Shown here one piece after another: positions 31,538-40,375 of a stretch of DNA of 64,000 nucleotides. The DNA is from Candidatus Moanibacter sp. Lineage in GTDB: Bacteria; Verrucomicrobiota; Verrucomicrobiia; Opitutales; UBA2987. Where the stretch lies: the NCBI GenBank assembly GCA_965215885.1, contig CBDCEW010000093.1:1-64000 (forward strand), read 5' to 3'. Below the pieces are notes generated by a model. That model did not search any database and had not been told where the DNA came from. It saw only the letters and a list, made by a program, of their open reading frames with translations. Each line of letters opens with the position of its first letter. Position 1 is the stretch's first letter. A program made the position numbers and the translations under genes.

Positions 31538-33298
31538 ATGAAAAGCAATTTTCGAATCACCAAGGCCTACAGGCACCTGCTCGACCTCATCGAGAAGGAA
31601 CAATGTGTTATCATGAATGGAGGGGTTGCCACCGAACTGGGACGCCTCGCACTCGATGGATACACCGTGGGTGACGATTCGCAATGGGGCACGTGGGCAT
31701 TATTCCATGCTCCGGATGCGGTATTTGAAGTCCACAAACGCTATGTAACCACCGGATGTGATCTGATTTCAACCGCCACCTGGGGCATTTTAAACACCCG
31801 CGAATTCGAATCCGGCAGTATCACGGGAAACTCCCAATTGAGCCACTGGTTTGATTGCGCTCGCCTGGGTGTGCGATTGGCCAGAAAGGCCGTGGCAGAG
31901 GAAGGCAGGGAAGCAGACTGCTCCGTCGCCTTTTGCGTCAGCGGCGAGGTAACGTCATCCGAGCAGCTCGAACGCTTCCGCCTCTTACCACGCGTTATCG
32001 CGGAAGACCCACCCGATCTTATCTTGATGGAAACGATATCTCTGTTCCGCGATCAATTGACCATTCCAGCCATCGAGGCGATGTTGGAAACTGGGGTTCC
32101 GGTATGGCTCAGTTTCCGTCGAAGTCTCGAGGGAGTCTGTGGGATCTATGGGCAACACTGGGGTGGCCCCGAAGGCGACCTCTTCGGTCGCGTCGCCGCA
32201 AGATTTGAATCTATGGGAATAGGCGCTCTCATGATCAACAGCATACCCATCAGGCACATTCGTGGGATGCTGCCCTGGCTACGGGATTTCACCGACTTGC
32301 CTCTGGGTGTATACCCGAACCTCGGCCATTACCTCGACCCCGGTTGGAAGTTCGACGATACAACGGGACCAGAGGAGTACGCCGACCTCGCGCTACAGTG
32401 GCGCGAAGAAGGCGCCCAGATCGTAGGCGGCTGCAACGGGGTTTCGCCCGAACACATCGCTGCCCTGAAGAGACGCGTGGCGAATACGAAACCGGGTCGA
32501 TGTAAAGACATCGCCTCCCTGGACCCATTGAAATCCATTTCGACACTGACGAATATCCCTGAGCTTTCCAGCGAACCTTCCCGCTGGCGCGACAAGAGAG
32601 ACCGATCCCTCTACCCTTTGGCTTTCCCAACCATAGAAGTGGATCCTAATGTATTTCGGCCCACCCAGGGAAGTTTCCTGATTTGGAAATTCCTCTTCCA
32701 GTCGGGCCTCGGGGAGGGGAAAGAATGTCTTGATGTCGGCTGTGGGACTGGAATCCTAACCGTGCAGCTGGCTCTAAACGGCGCCCGAAATGTCGATGCC
32801 ACCGATATCCAGGAGGAAGCCATTGCCAACACCATGGCAAACGCTTTTCGCAACGACGTTGCCGCACGCGTAACGGGAAAAGTAATCGATCTTTATACCC
32901 AGCTTCCGGACAAGAAATACGACATCATCGTGGCCAGCCTTTATCAACTGCCGGTAGATCCTATGAGTGAGCCATCGACCCATCGTCCAGCCGATTTTTG
33001 GGGCAGAAATATGGTTGATCACCTCGTTTCTCTGCTCCCAGACCTTCTCAAGAAGAGTGGTGTCGCCTACATCATGCAGGTTTCGGTTTTGAGTGAGAAG
33101 AGAACCACAAATCTTCTTAATGCAGTAGGATTTGACGCCTCTGTGATCGACTTCGGCCTCTTCCACTTTCCTCCTGAATTTCACGAAAATGTCGAGCAGA
33201 TCGAAACCGTTGAAGAAATCTCAGATGCTTACCATTTAAACTTCAGCGAAGACCGCGTCCTCGTCATGTATCTTCTAGAAGTCACTTGGAGCAAGTAA
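31538..33298 (+). CDS. Homocysteine S-methyltransferase-family domain fused to a HemK/MTS-like class I methyltransferase
   Basis: N-terminal NGGVATEL, VHKRY..G.D.I.T.T, MET, GVYPN, GA.IVGGC.G..PEHI. C-terminal VF.P, LDVGCGTG, TDI, DL, YDIIV. Confidence 0.85.
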   Translation: MKSNFRITKAYRHLLDLIEKEQCVIMNGGVATELGRLALDGYTVGDDSQWGTWALFHAPDAVFEVHKRYVTTGCDLISTATWGILNTREFESGSITGNSQLSHWFDCARLGVRLARKAVAEEGREADCSVAFCVSGEVTSSEQLERFRLLPRVIAEDPPDLILMETISLFRDQLTIPAIEAMLETGVPVWLSFRRSLEGVCGIYGQHWGGPEGDLFGRVAARFESMGIGALMINSIPIRHIRGMLPWLRDFTDLPLGVYPNLGHYLDPGWKFDDTTGPEEYADLALQWREEGAQIVGGCNGVSPEHIAALKRRVANTKPGRCKDIASLDPLKSISTLTNIPELSSEPSRWRDKRDRSLYPLAFPTIEVDPNVFRPTQGSFLIWKFLFQSGLGEGKECLDVGCGTGILTVQLALNGARNVDATDIQEEAIANTMANAFRNDVAARVTGKVIDLYTQLPDKKYDIIVASLYQLPVDPMSEPSTHRPADFWGRNMVDHLVSLLPDLLKKSGVAYIMQVSVLSEKRTTNLLNAVGFDASVIDFGLFHFPPEFHENVEQIETVEEISDAYHLNFSEDRVLVMYLLEVTWSK

Positions 33299-33365
33299 TC
33301 AGAGAATTGAATAGTGACGCCGATGCTATCAAGGAGAGAAATGTTCACACAAATCGAATCGGATT

Positions 33366-33389
33366 GTAGCGGAAAGCGGAAGCTTTTCG
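33366..33389. repeat. GTAG-type REP-like unit GTAGCGGAAAGCGGAAGCTTTTCG
   Basis: Further copies at 44921-44944, 49718-49741, 49769-49792 and 50393-50416, in both orientations and all intergenic. Confidence 0.7.
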
Positions 33390-33404
33390 TCTTCGTGGAC
33401 GGGT

Positions 33405-33503
33405 CTAGCCCGCTTTTCTTAAGCGGGTCGGCGTTACAAACTGCTGGCAGCCGCGATCCAGCCCAGACGCTTCTCTAGACTTCGTGCGAGAAAAGCGGGT
33501 TTA
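33405..33503. repeat. ~99-bp element with terminal inverted repeats CCCGCTTTTCT
   Basis: CTAG-CCCGCTTTTCT...AGAAAAGCGGG-TTTA. The right end covers the tonB-like stop. Single copy in the window. Confidence 0.5.
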
Positions 33504-34238
33504 ATCGATCATTCGAAACATCAACCTCAACGTATAACTCCGACCGTTGGGCGTCGGCCCGATCGAGACCGCATCCGTAAACGCTGCTCGCACGGAGGCG
33601 TCGAAAATAACGTTACCCGAGGGATCGATCAACTCGACAGAACCAATCTTACCGACTCCGTCGACACTAAACCGCACGTTCGCCTCCAATCGCCTTCCCG
33701 ACAAGCTTGCCGGTTTCATCCATGCTAGATTGATACTTTCTCGAAGCCGGTCGATATATAACCGAAGACCCAATTGCAAAGATTCGGATGCGGACTCTGC
33801 ACGGGTCTCATCTTCGCTTTCGGAAACGATACCCGCCATTTTGGCTATTAATCGATCGATATCAATTTCTTCAACTTCAACTTTCCGCTCTTTCGGGATT
33901 CTCGGATGCGCCGTCTTCGGTCTTCCGTGCATTTTTGCGAAATCCTCGTAGGAAATTCTCTTCACTGGTGGGGGCGGTTCCACAGGTTCGCTTTCAGGCT
34001 GCCGCCCTGAAGGGGACAGCTCGTCTCTCCCCTCCACCCTGTCTTCCACTCTTGGCACCGGAGCTGCAATTAGAGTAAAAACGTGCGGATCCCGCTCTCG
34101 TCTGAACGCTTCTACCAATGTACCCAGCAGCAACAGAAAGAAGAATCCTCCGTGAAGCAGAGCCGAAATTATGAAGGCGCGCTGCGAAGCGGTCTCTTTT
34201 CCATACCGCGCATCTGCATCATTTGCTCGCAAATTCAC
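33501..34238 (-). CDS. TonB/TolA-like energy transducer
   Basis: TM with S..LH motif, Pro/Glu-rich linker, C-terminal Y...I...W..P...SGN..FD.SV..A domain. Downstream of exbD/exbB-like genes. Confidence 0.85.
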   Translation of the reverse strand: MNLRANDADARYGKETASQRAFIISALLHGGFFFLLLLGTLVEAFRRERDPHVFTLIAAPVPRVEDRVEGRDELSPSGRQPESEPVEPPPPVKRISYEDFAKMHGRPKTAHPRIPKERKVEVEEIDIDRLIAKMAGIVSESEDETRAESASESLQLGLRLYIDRLRESINLAWMKPASLSGRRLEANVRFSVDGVGKIGSVELIDPSGNVIFDASVRAAFTDAVSIGPTPNGRSYTLRLMFRMID

Positions 34239-34272
34239 CCCATTGTTTCAAAAATTCGAGAAATGATGGAGT

Positions 34273-34689
34273 TCATTCAATTCGCGTGTCGAGGCTGATC
34301 CGGGAAAGTCCGCTCTGCTTCACAAGGTCAATCACGTTGATGACTCGCTGGTACGGAATACTCCGGTCAGCGCGTATATTGATCACCGGAAGATCCGGAG
34401 CCGTCGCCATACTTTCCAGATACTCCGCCAGCTTCTCTTCATCGACCGCCGTGTCGCCCCAGTAGATCTGCCCATCCACCGTGATCGAGATCGTCTGAAA
34501 TCTGTATTCTCCAGTTGTTTCCTGGACGCTCTGCGATTCCTCCGGCAATTCCAGCGCAATCGATTGCTCGAGAAGAGGCGCCGTGATCATGAATATGATG
34601 AGCAGTGCAAAGGCCAGATCGATCAGGGGGGTGACATTGATCTCCGACATCGCCCCCAGACTCTCTCTCCTATGAAATGTCCTCGCCAT
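34273..34689 (-). CDS. exbD: Biopolymer transport protein ExbD/TolR
   Basis: EINVTPLIDL...LLIIFMITAP, IRAD...Y..V..V.D. Confidence 0.9.
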   Translation of the reverse strand: MARTFHRRESLGAMSEINVTPLIDLAFALLIIFMITAPLLEQSIALELPEESQSVQETTGEYRFQTISITVDGQIYWGDTAVDEEKLAEYLESMATAPDLPVINIRADRSIPYQRVINVIDLVKQSGLSRISLDTRIE

Positions 34690-34864
34690 GCTTAAACGCT
34701 ACTCCACACTTTTCACTCCTTCTCTCTCATCTCCGTTCTCTTTCCTGCCCTGAGCCTCGTCGAAGGGGTTTCCTTCTGTAAAATCATCTTCTGTTCAACT
34801 CTCCAACTCTGAACCTTTTACACTGTTCACTGCTGAGCGCAGCGAAGTCCCGGCTTGCCGGGGA

Positions 34865-35554
34865 TCACTCTCCACTTCTTACTTCCTCCCTTGCCTCCAG
34901 TTCAATTCGGTCTGCCAGCGCGCTCGCGAAATTCTCCAATTCCGTGATCATAATTTTCGTCTGAGTGAGGAGGAAATTATAACCGAAAACCGAAGGTATC
35001 GCTACGAGTAGACCGGCCACGGTGGTAAGTAGTGCCCCCGAAACCCCAGGGGCAAGCATCTGTATGCTCGCTGTGCTCTTCAGCGCAATGGAACCGAATG
35101 CATCCATAACTCCCCACACCGTACCCAGGAGGCCGAGAAACGGAGCTCCCGTCACAATCGATCCCAATAGCACCATCTTGCTTTCATACTGTATCGTCGC
35201 CTCCGCTACGCCCCGCTGCAAAGCGTTCTCCACATGACCTATCCGCGACGGTGTCGAAGACGCGCCACCACCGGATCGCCCATACGCCTCCAACGCCGAT
35301 CGCATGAGATCAGCGTACGGTCCAAGCCCCCAACTCCGCATAGTAGATCCGAATTCGAGGAGCGAACCCTCTGCTTTGATTCTCCTGTCTAAATGATGAT
35401 TCAGCTCCCTCAACCGCGCCAGGTCGATATACTTACCGATCATTACCGTCCAGGCCAGAAGACTAAATGCCACCAGGAACAACACGATGATCTTGCCCGC
35501 CAAATTTGACTGACTGAAATAGGTCATGACGTTAGCAAGGATTACTTGCTTCAT
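34865..35554 (-). CDS. exbB: MotA/TolQ/ExbB proton channel protein
   Basis: APFLGLLGTVWGVM.AF, APGVS.AL.TT.AGL.VAIP. Start may be 35584. Confidence 0.88.
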   Translation of the reverse strand: MKQVILANVMTYFSQSNLAGKIIVLFLVAFSLLAWTVMIGKYIDLARLRELNHHLDRRIKAEGSLLEFGSTMRSWGLGPYADLMRSALEAYGRSGGGASSTPSRIGHVENALQRGVAEATIQYESKMVLLGSIVTGAPFLGLLGTVWGVMDAFGSIALKSTASIQMLAPGVSGALLTTVAGLLVAIPSVFGYNFLLTQTKIMITELENFASALADRIELEAREEVRSGE

Positions 35555-35711
35555 TCCGAACTCTGTGATGCTTTCCCAGGCCATATCGAAGTCGACTCCC
35601 TCTCTCTTACATTATCGCGCTATAATCAAGGCACTATCCGGAAAATCATCCAGAAATAAAATTGTTGTCTGTCCTCTGTCTCCTTTCATATTATCCCGTT
35701 TCAGGGTAGGG

Positions 35712-36827
35712 ATGGATTACAAAAGCAAAACTCTCGAGGAACTTGAGAAAAAAGGAAGCTCCGTAAGCTCGAAGAACGCGTTCGTGGGCTTTGACGGATT
35801 CGTCGACAAGATTGTCGCGGCGGTAGACAAACGTTCCGGGCAGGGTGAGAATTATACCCCCATTGATACGATTGACGATTTTGGAACACGTATTCTGGGG
35901 GCGTCAGGCAAGAGTACAGCCATTGAACTCTACCCGCGATTGGAAAAGCTTGGCGGGAACGGCCCCATCATGGCAAATGCGCTTCTAAGCGCCGGCCTCA
36001 GTGTCAAGTATGTAGGAGCTATCGGTAACGCCAGTCCACACTCCGTCTTCGAGTCGTTCGCGCAAAGGGCCAACGCCACTGCCATCTGCGACCCCGGGGT
36101 CACCCACGCCCTCGAATTTAACGATGGCAAAATCATGTTTCCCACCACCGCCAGCCTCGATGACATTACCTATCAGAGAATTGTCGATGTGATGGGCGAA
36201 GGGGCGCTATTTGACGCCATATCCCGGGCCGATCTCATCGCCCTCGTAAATTGGACCATGATCCCGAATATGACGGCAATCTTCACAGCTCTCCTGGAGA
36301 AGGTGTTTCCTAATCTTGGCCCAAAGGCCGATGGGCGCTATTTCTTTTTCGACCTTTCCGATCCTGAGAAGAGGTCGGAGGGAGATATCGCTTCTGTTTT
36401 ATCGACTATTTCCCGTTTCCGCTCACACGGTCTGGTCACTCTCGGACTAAACCTGAAGGAGGCGCAATCGGTAAATAAAGTCCTCGGCAACGCCGAAATC
36501 GATCCCGATCCTGACGGCCTCAGGAAAATGGCCACCCGCATAAGGCAAAGCCTCGACATCTCCTGCGTGGTCATTCATCCGACCGATTCAGCCGCTTGCG
36601 CAACCAAAGATGACACCTGGTGGGTGAAGGGTCCGCACACCGACAGCCCGCTGGTCTCAACAGGAGCGGGAGATCATTTTAACGCGGGATTTAGTACCGC
36701 CCAATTGTTGGGGCTCACCCCCCTCGCCTGCCTCACTGTCGCGGTCTGCTGTTCGGGATCATACGTGCGTTCGGCAAAAAGTCCCTCTCTTCTCGATATC
36801 AACGCCTTTATTCGAAATTGCGAGTGA
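35712..36827 (+). CDS. PfkB/ribokinase-family carbohydrate kinase
   Basis: GFDGFVD, KLGGNGPIMANA, LN.KEA, STGAGDHFNAGF. Start taken at MDYKSK. Confidence 0.85.
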   Translation: MDYKSKTLEELEKKGSSVSSKNAFVGFDGFVDKIVAAVDKRSGQGENYTPIDTIDDFGTRILGASGKSTAIELYPRLEKLGGNGPIMANALLSAGLSVKYVGAIGNASPHSVFESFAQRANATAICDPGVTHALEFNDGKIMFPTTASLDDITYQRIVDVMGEGALFDAISRADLIALVNWTMIPNMTAIFTALLEKVFPNLGPKADGRYFFFDLSDPEKRSEGDIASVLSTISRFRSHGLVTLGLNLKEAQSVNKVLGNAEIDPDPDGLRKMATRIRQSLDISCVVIHPTDSAACATKDDTWWVKGPHTDSPLVSTGAGDHFNAGFSTAQLLGLTPLACLTVAVCCSGSYVRSAKSPSLLDINAFIRNCE

Positions 36828-36854
36828 TTTAAACGACCGACTTCTCAGCTAACC

Positions 36855-37607
36855 ATGGTAACGAACAATAATAGACCAAAGACTTCCGCCAAAGTGTCCC
36901 CACCCGCGCGCTCCAGGCGTAAGAGAGCCATGAGCACGCCGAAATCGCGCTCAAAAACTGTCAAAGGGCGAAATAAGCGAGGATTGCTCATTACTTTTGA
37001 GGGTCCTCAAGGGAGCGGCAAGACTGCCCAAATAAGCAGGATTTCGGCCCGCTTTGAGGATGCGGGCTACAACGTGGTCGTGACCCGTGAACCTGGCGGC
37101 ACTGAAATTGGCGAGGAAATTCGCCACCTCCTTAAACACGGCACCTCGAACCGCAACATGACGCCCGAAACCGAGCTTCTTCTCTTTGCCGCCAGCCGGG
37201 CGCAGCTCGTTCGCGAGATCTTTATTCCCTCTTTAAAAAAAGGAAAAATCATCCTCTGCGACCGCTTTCTCGACTCCACTACGGTCTACCAGGGGGTCGG
37301 TCGCCGGATTTCCGCGGAACCGGTCCATATCATCAACACTTTTGCGGTGGGAAATCTGATTCCGGATATTACGGTCGTGCTGGATGTACCGGCGGAGGTG
37401 GGCTTTTCCAGAATCCGGCACCGCGCCACCGATTTGTCCGAACGTATGGAGGAGGAGACAATCGACTTTTACCGCAAAGTGCGCGAGGGCTATCTCATGC
37501 TGGCCAAGGCTTTGTCCGAGCGCTTTATCGTGGTCGATGGGACAAAAGAACGGAAATCCGTAGAAGAGAAGATCTGGCATGAGCTTAACCAGCGTATTGT
37601 CGGATAA
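36855..37607 (+). CDS. tmk: Thymidylate kinase (operonic with holB)
   Basis: ITFEG..GSGK, TREPGGT..GE.IR, ELLLFAASRAQ, CDRF.DST.VYQG. Confidence 0.93.
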   Translation: MVTNNNRPKTSAKVSPPARSRRKRAMSTPKSRSKTVKGRNKRGLLITFEGPQGSGKTAQISRISARFEDAGYNVVVTREPGGTEIGEEIRHLLKHGTSNRNMTPETELLLFAASRAQLVREIFIPSLKKGKIILCDRFLDSTTVYQGVGRRISAEPVHIINTFAVGNLIPDITVVLDVPAEVGFSRIRHRATDLSERMEEETIDFYRKVREGYLMLAKALSERFIVVDGTKERKSVEEKIWHELNQRIVG

Positions 37608-38520
37608 TCTGCGCTCCAGCCGCCCCGTCAAAGTCCTCGAACGTTCAATCGAAAAAGGTCGACTTGCCCACGGCATCCTTCTTCACGGCGAAAACCTATC
37701 CGCTCTCGAGGAAGTGGCGCTCGCTCTCAGTGGAGCGCTCCTCTCCTCTTCCCGCCATATCGTAACGCACCCGGATCTCTTTACCCTGCGCCCATCCCAT
37801 AAAGCGCGCCATATCCGCATCGGCGAAACCCGCCGTCTCATAAGGGATATTCAGCACTCGCCATACGAGGCTGATCGCAAAGTCGCGCTCATTTACGAAG
37901 CGGATCGCATGAATAATGCGGCTTCCAACGCCTTCCTCAAAACGCTTGAGGAGCCACCCCATAATACTACCATCTTCCTCCTCTCGACCCGACCTTATGA
38001 TCTCCTTTCCACTATCCGTAGCCGCTGTTTCAATTTTCGGCTGCCCTCCGAGTATACTTCCCTCGACCATGCCGAATGGCAGGCCTGGTTGCGGGATTAC
38101 CGTAGCTGGCTGAGTTTTCTTTCGCAACGTCCCGCAAACGCCAGGGAACGGGCCGAAGCCGTTATTTCTCTCTACGGCCTCATCTCGCGTTTCCAATCCC
38201 TCCTCACGGAATTCAGCAAGACCTCCTGGGAGAGCGAAAAAACTACTCTTCCCGAAGGCATCACGGATGAAGAGAAAGATGCCATCACCAGCGGATTGCG
38301 TAAAGGCAGCCGTCAGCAGATGCTCTGCGAAATTGAACTACACACCCGCGCCTTCACCTTCGAATCGGAGGGTGTTGAAATCGATTGGCCCTTCCACCAA
38401 TTGACTCGCGCGATCACGGATCTCGAACATAACGTCCGCCTCCTCGAAGTAAACCTTAACGAAAACGCTGCTCTCGAGAATTTCTTCCTCAACTCACTGC
38501 GAATCTGGAGCCGGCCCTAG
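37579..38520 (+). CDS. holB: DNA polymerase III delta-prime subunit
   Basis: RLAHG.L, HPD, KVALI.EADRMN..ASNAFLKTLEEPP, LL.TIRSRC. Overlaps tmk. Confidence 0.9.
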   Translation: MSLTSVLSDNLRSSRPVKVLERSIEKGRLAHGILLHGENLSALEEVALALSGALLSSSRHIVTHPDLFTLRPSHKARHIRIGETRRLIRDIQHSPYEADRKVALIYEADRMNNAASNAFLKTLEEPPHNTTIFLLSTRPYDLLSTIRSRCFNFRLPSEYTSLDHAEWQAWLRDYRSWLSFLSQRPANARERAEAVISLYGLISRFQSLLTEFSKTSWESEKTTLPEGITDEEKDAITSGLRKGSRQQMLCEIELHTRAFTFESEGVEIDWPFHQLTRAITDLEHNVRLLEVNLNENAALENFFLNSLRIWSRP

Positions 38521-38702
38521 CCCGGACATTTCACACACATCGTAGCGAGATCCCGGCGTGCCGGGACTGCGGATCAAGGTCTTTTCGCAGTCCGGCGGGC
38601 GACAGTGTGTTGGAACTCTCTGAAGTCGCCGGACAAGAGAAGGCCTTGAGGCGCAGTGACATCCGTGGTCGCAGCAGATGGTTTGTGAAATTTTCGGGCT
38701 AG
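38517..38702. mobile_element. Palindromic MITE-like element (family L), copy 2
   Basis: CTAG-CCCGGACATTTCACA...TGTGAAATTTTCGGG-CTAG. The left CTAG contains the holB stop. Confidence 0.8.
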
Positions 38703-38821
38703 CCCGCCGGATTTTTCCCAGTCGGGTAGCCGCCCTGCCGTACGGCAGGGTGGACCGGAGGAAGTCTTCCACGCTAAGCGAATTCGAGAGCGAAATTAAC
38801 GCTTGCGACCTCTCTTTTTAC

Positions 38822-38976
38822 ATTTTTCCCACGGTGGGCTTCGCCCCATACCACAGTGCTTGTCAGTGACCCTCGCTACCCTGATCGAATAAAGACTGGG
38901 TTGAGCTTTCGTCCTTCATCCGTCGGTAACCGTAAGGAACAGTGGTATGGCTACTGCATCAGTGGGCTAACTCTTT
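38822..38976. repeat. ~155-bp intergenic repeat (family B)
   Basis: CCCACGGTGGGCTTCGCCCCAT.CCACAGTGCTTGT...AACAGTGG.ATGGCTACTGCATCAG.GGGCTAACTCTTT. Second copy at 42327..42659, interrupted by a family L element. Confidence 0.75.
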
Positions 38977-39159
38977 ACGAATCCTTTTCTTCCTTGCGGC
39001 TTCCCAATCGTACCATCGCCCGCACCTAACTCAGTTTGTAGCGGAATTCGGAAGAATTTCGTCGAATCGGCCAAAAAGGACCATATGCAGCGGATCAAAA
39101 GGCGACGGATGAGGAGAAGTAGAAAACCTGAAACTGTCCACTGTTCACTGGATACTCTT

Positions 39160-39870
39160 TCACTCTGAACTCTGAACACTGAACTCCGAACTCTGAACCG
39201 CCTCCCACACCTCCTCCGCAATCGCCTCTTCCTCCCGCATTCTTCCATCTTCGGAGAGGCACTCGATCCGCATCCACCGGGAAGGCAGATGTCGATCTAT
39301 AAGATATTCATATACCTCAAGGCACCGCCTCAGATAATCCTCATTTTCTTCGTGAATATCCCTCTCCTTGTCGGTGTACTCCCGTTCGCCCTTCCTTGAA
39401 ACAAGACTCATCGATACGTCCGTCGCGACGGAGAAAAAAATGTTCAGATCCGGTCGGGGGAGCCCATAGACTTCATGTTCAATGCCCACCAGCCAACTCA
39501 AAAAGGGCCCCCTTTCTTCTTCCGTCTGGCGCGCCCCCTGATAGGCGAGATTGGACGCTGTATAGCGATCCAATATTAGGAGGTCTTTTTCCTTAATCGC
39601 CCTCGTGATCAACTCCAGACTTTCAAACCGGTCACCCGCATAGAGCAGTGCGGGAAAGTACGGGGTGACCCTCTCGAGCTCCCCAAACCCTCCGTTCAGA
39701 TATTCGCCAATTCTCTTCCCGAATCGGGTGTCCCCGTATCGCGGAAAAGAGAGTATCTCAGCCGTCCCTCCCGCCCCTTCCACTCGCGCTTTGAGATGCC
39801 GCGCCTGCGTCCTCTTCCCCGACCCATCCAATCCTTCCAAAGCCACTACCATCCTACGCTCCATTAACAA
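39160..39870 (-). CDS. tmk: Second thymidylate kinase (Mycobacterium-like motif set)
   Basis: LEGLDGSGKRTQ, FPRYG, LYAGDR, LDRY..SN.AYQ.AR, E....LP.PD, DIHE. Confidence 0.85.
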   Translation of the reverse strand: MLMERRMVVALEGLDGSGKRTQARHLKARVEGAGGTAEILSFPRYGDTRFGKRIGEYLNGGFGELERVTPYFPALLYAGDRFESLELITRAIKEKDLLILDRYTASNLAYQGARQTEEERGPFLSWLVGIEHEVYGLPRPDLNIFFSVATDVSMSLVSRKGEREYTDKERDIHEENEDYLRRCLEVYEYLIDRHLPSRWMRIECLSEDGRMREEEAIAEEVWEAVQSSEFSVQSSE

Positions 39871-39874
39871 TTCT

Positions 39875-40200
39875 TAGAGCAGCGTAGCCACGATCCCGCT
39901 GAGCGGGACGCGAAGAGGAAGAGAAACCACGGATTTCACGGATGGACACGGATAAGAAAAACCATCCGAAGTATTGGCAATGTTTCGCCAAAGCCATGTG
40001 TCGGCAAAACTCTAAAAAAGAAGGCATCGAGTCGAAGGTTCGCACGTTTCTACAGCCGCCCTTTCCCACAATCTAAATTCCCATCCGTGTCCATCCGTGA
40101 AATCCGTGGTTTCTCTTCTATTGAGTTTAGCATCAATGTCTTATGGATGTCCATGGGCAAAAACTTGCTAGAAAAACAAGATTCTGACGGATTGTAGCAC
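39875..40200 (+). repeat. Non-coding cassette with asymmetric conserved ends and an internal 36-bp inverted repeat
   Basis: GAAGAGAAACCACGGATTTCACGGATGGACACGGAT (39918-39953) is inverted at 40083-40118. The ends are shared with 49792..50022 on the opposite strand. Confidence 0.6.
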
Positions 40201-40375
40201 AAATTCAACAGTTCAATGATTAATTATCACCATTCTTCCCTGATGCAGCCCACCGCCGCCTTGCTCCCGCTCAGCGGGTCAAGGCTTACTCTATCCACTC
40301 CGCAAGATTGGCCCGGCCACATCATTATACATTTTTGAAAAATGTTAAATAACACCGAAATCTCAATTCTAACTA

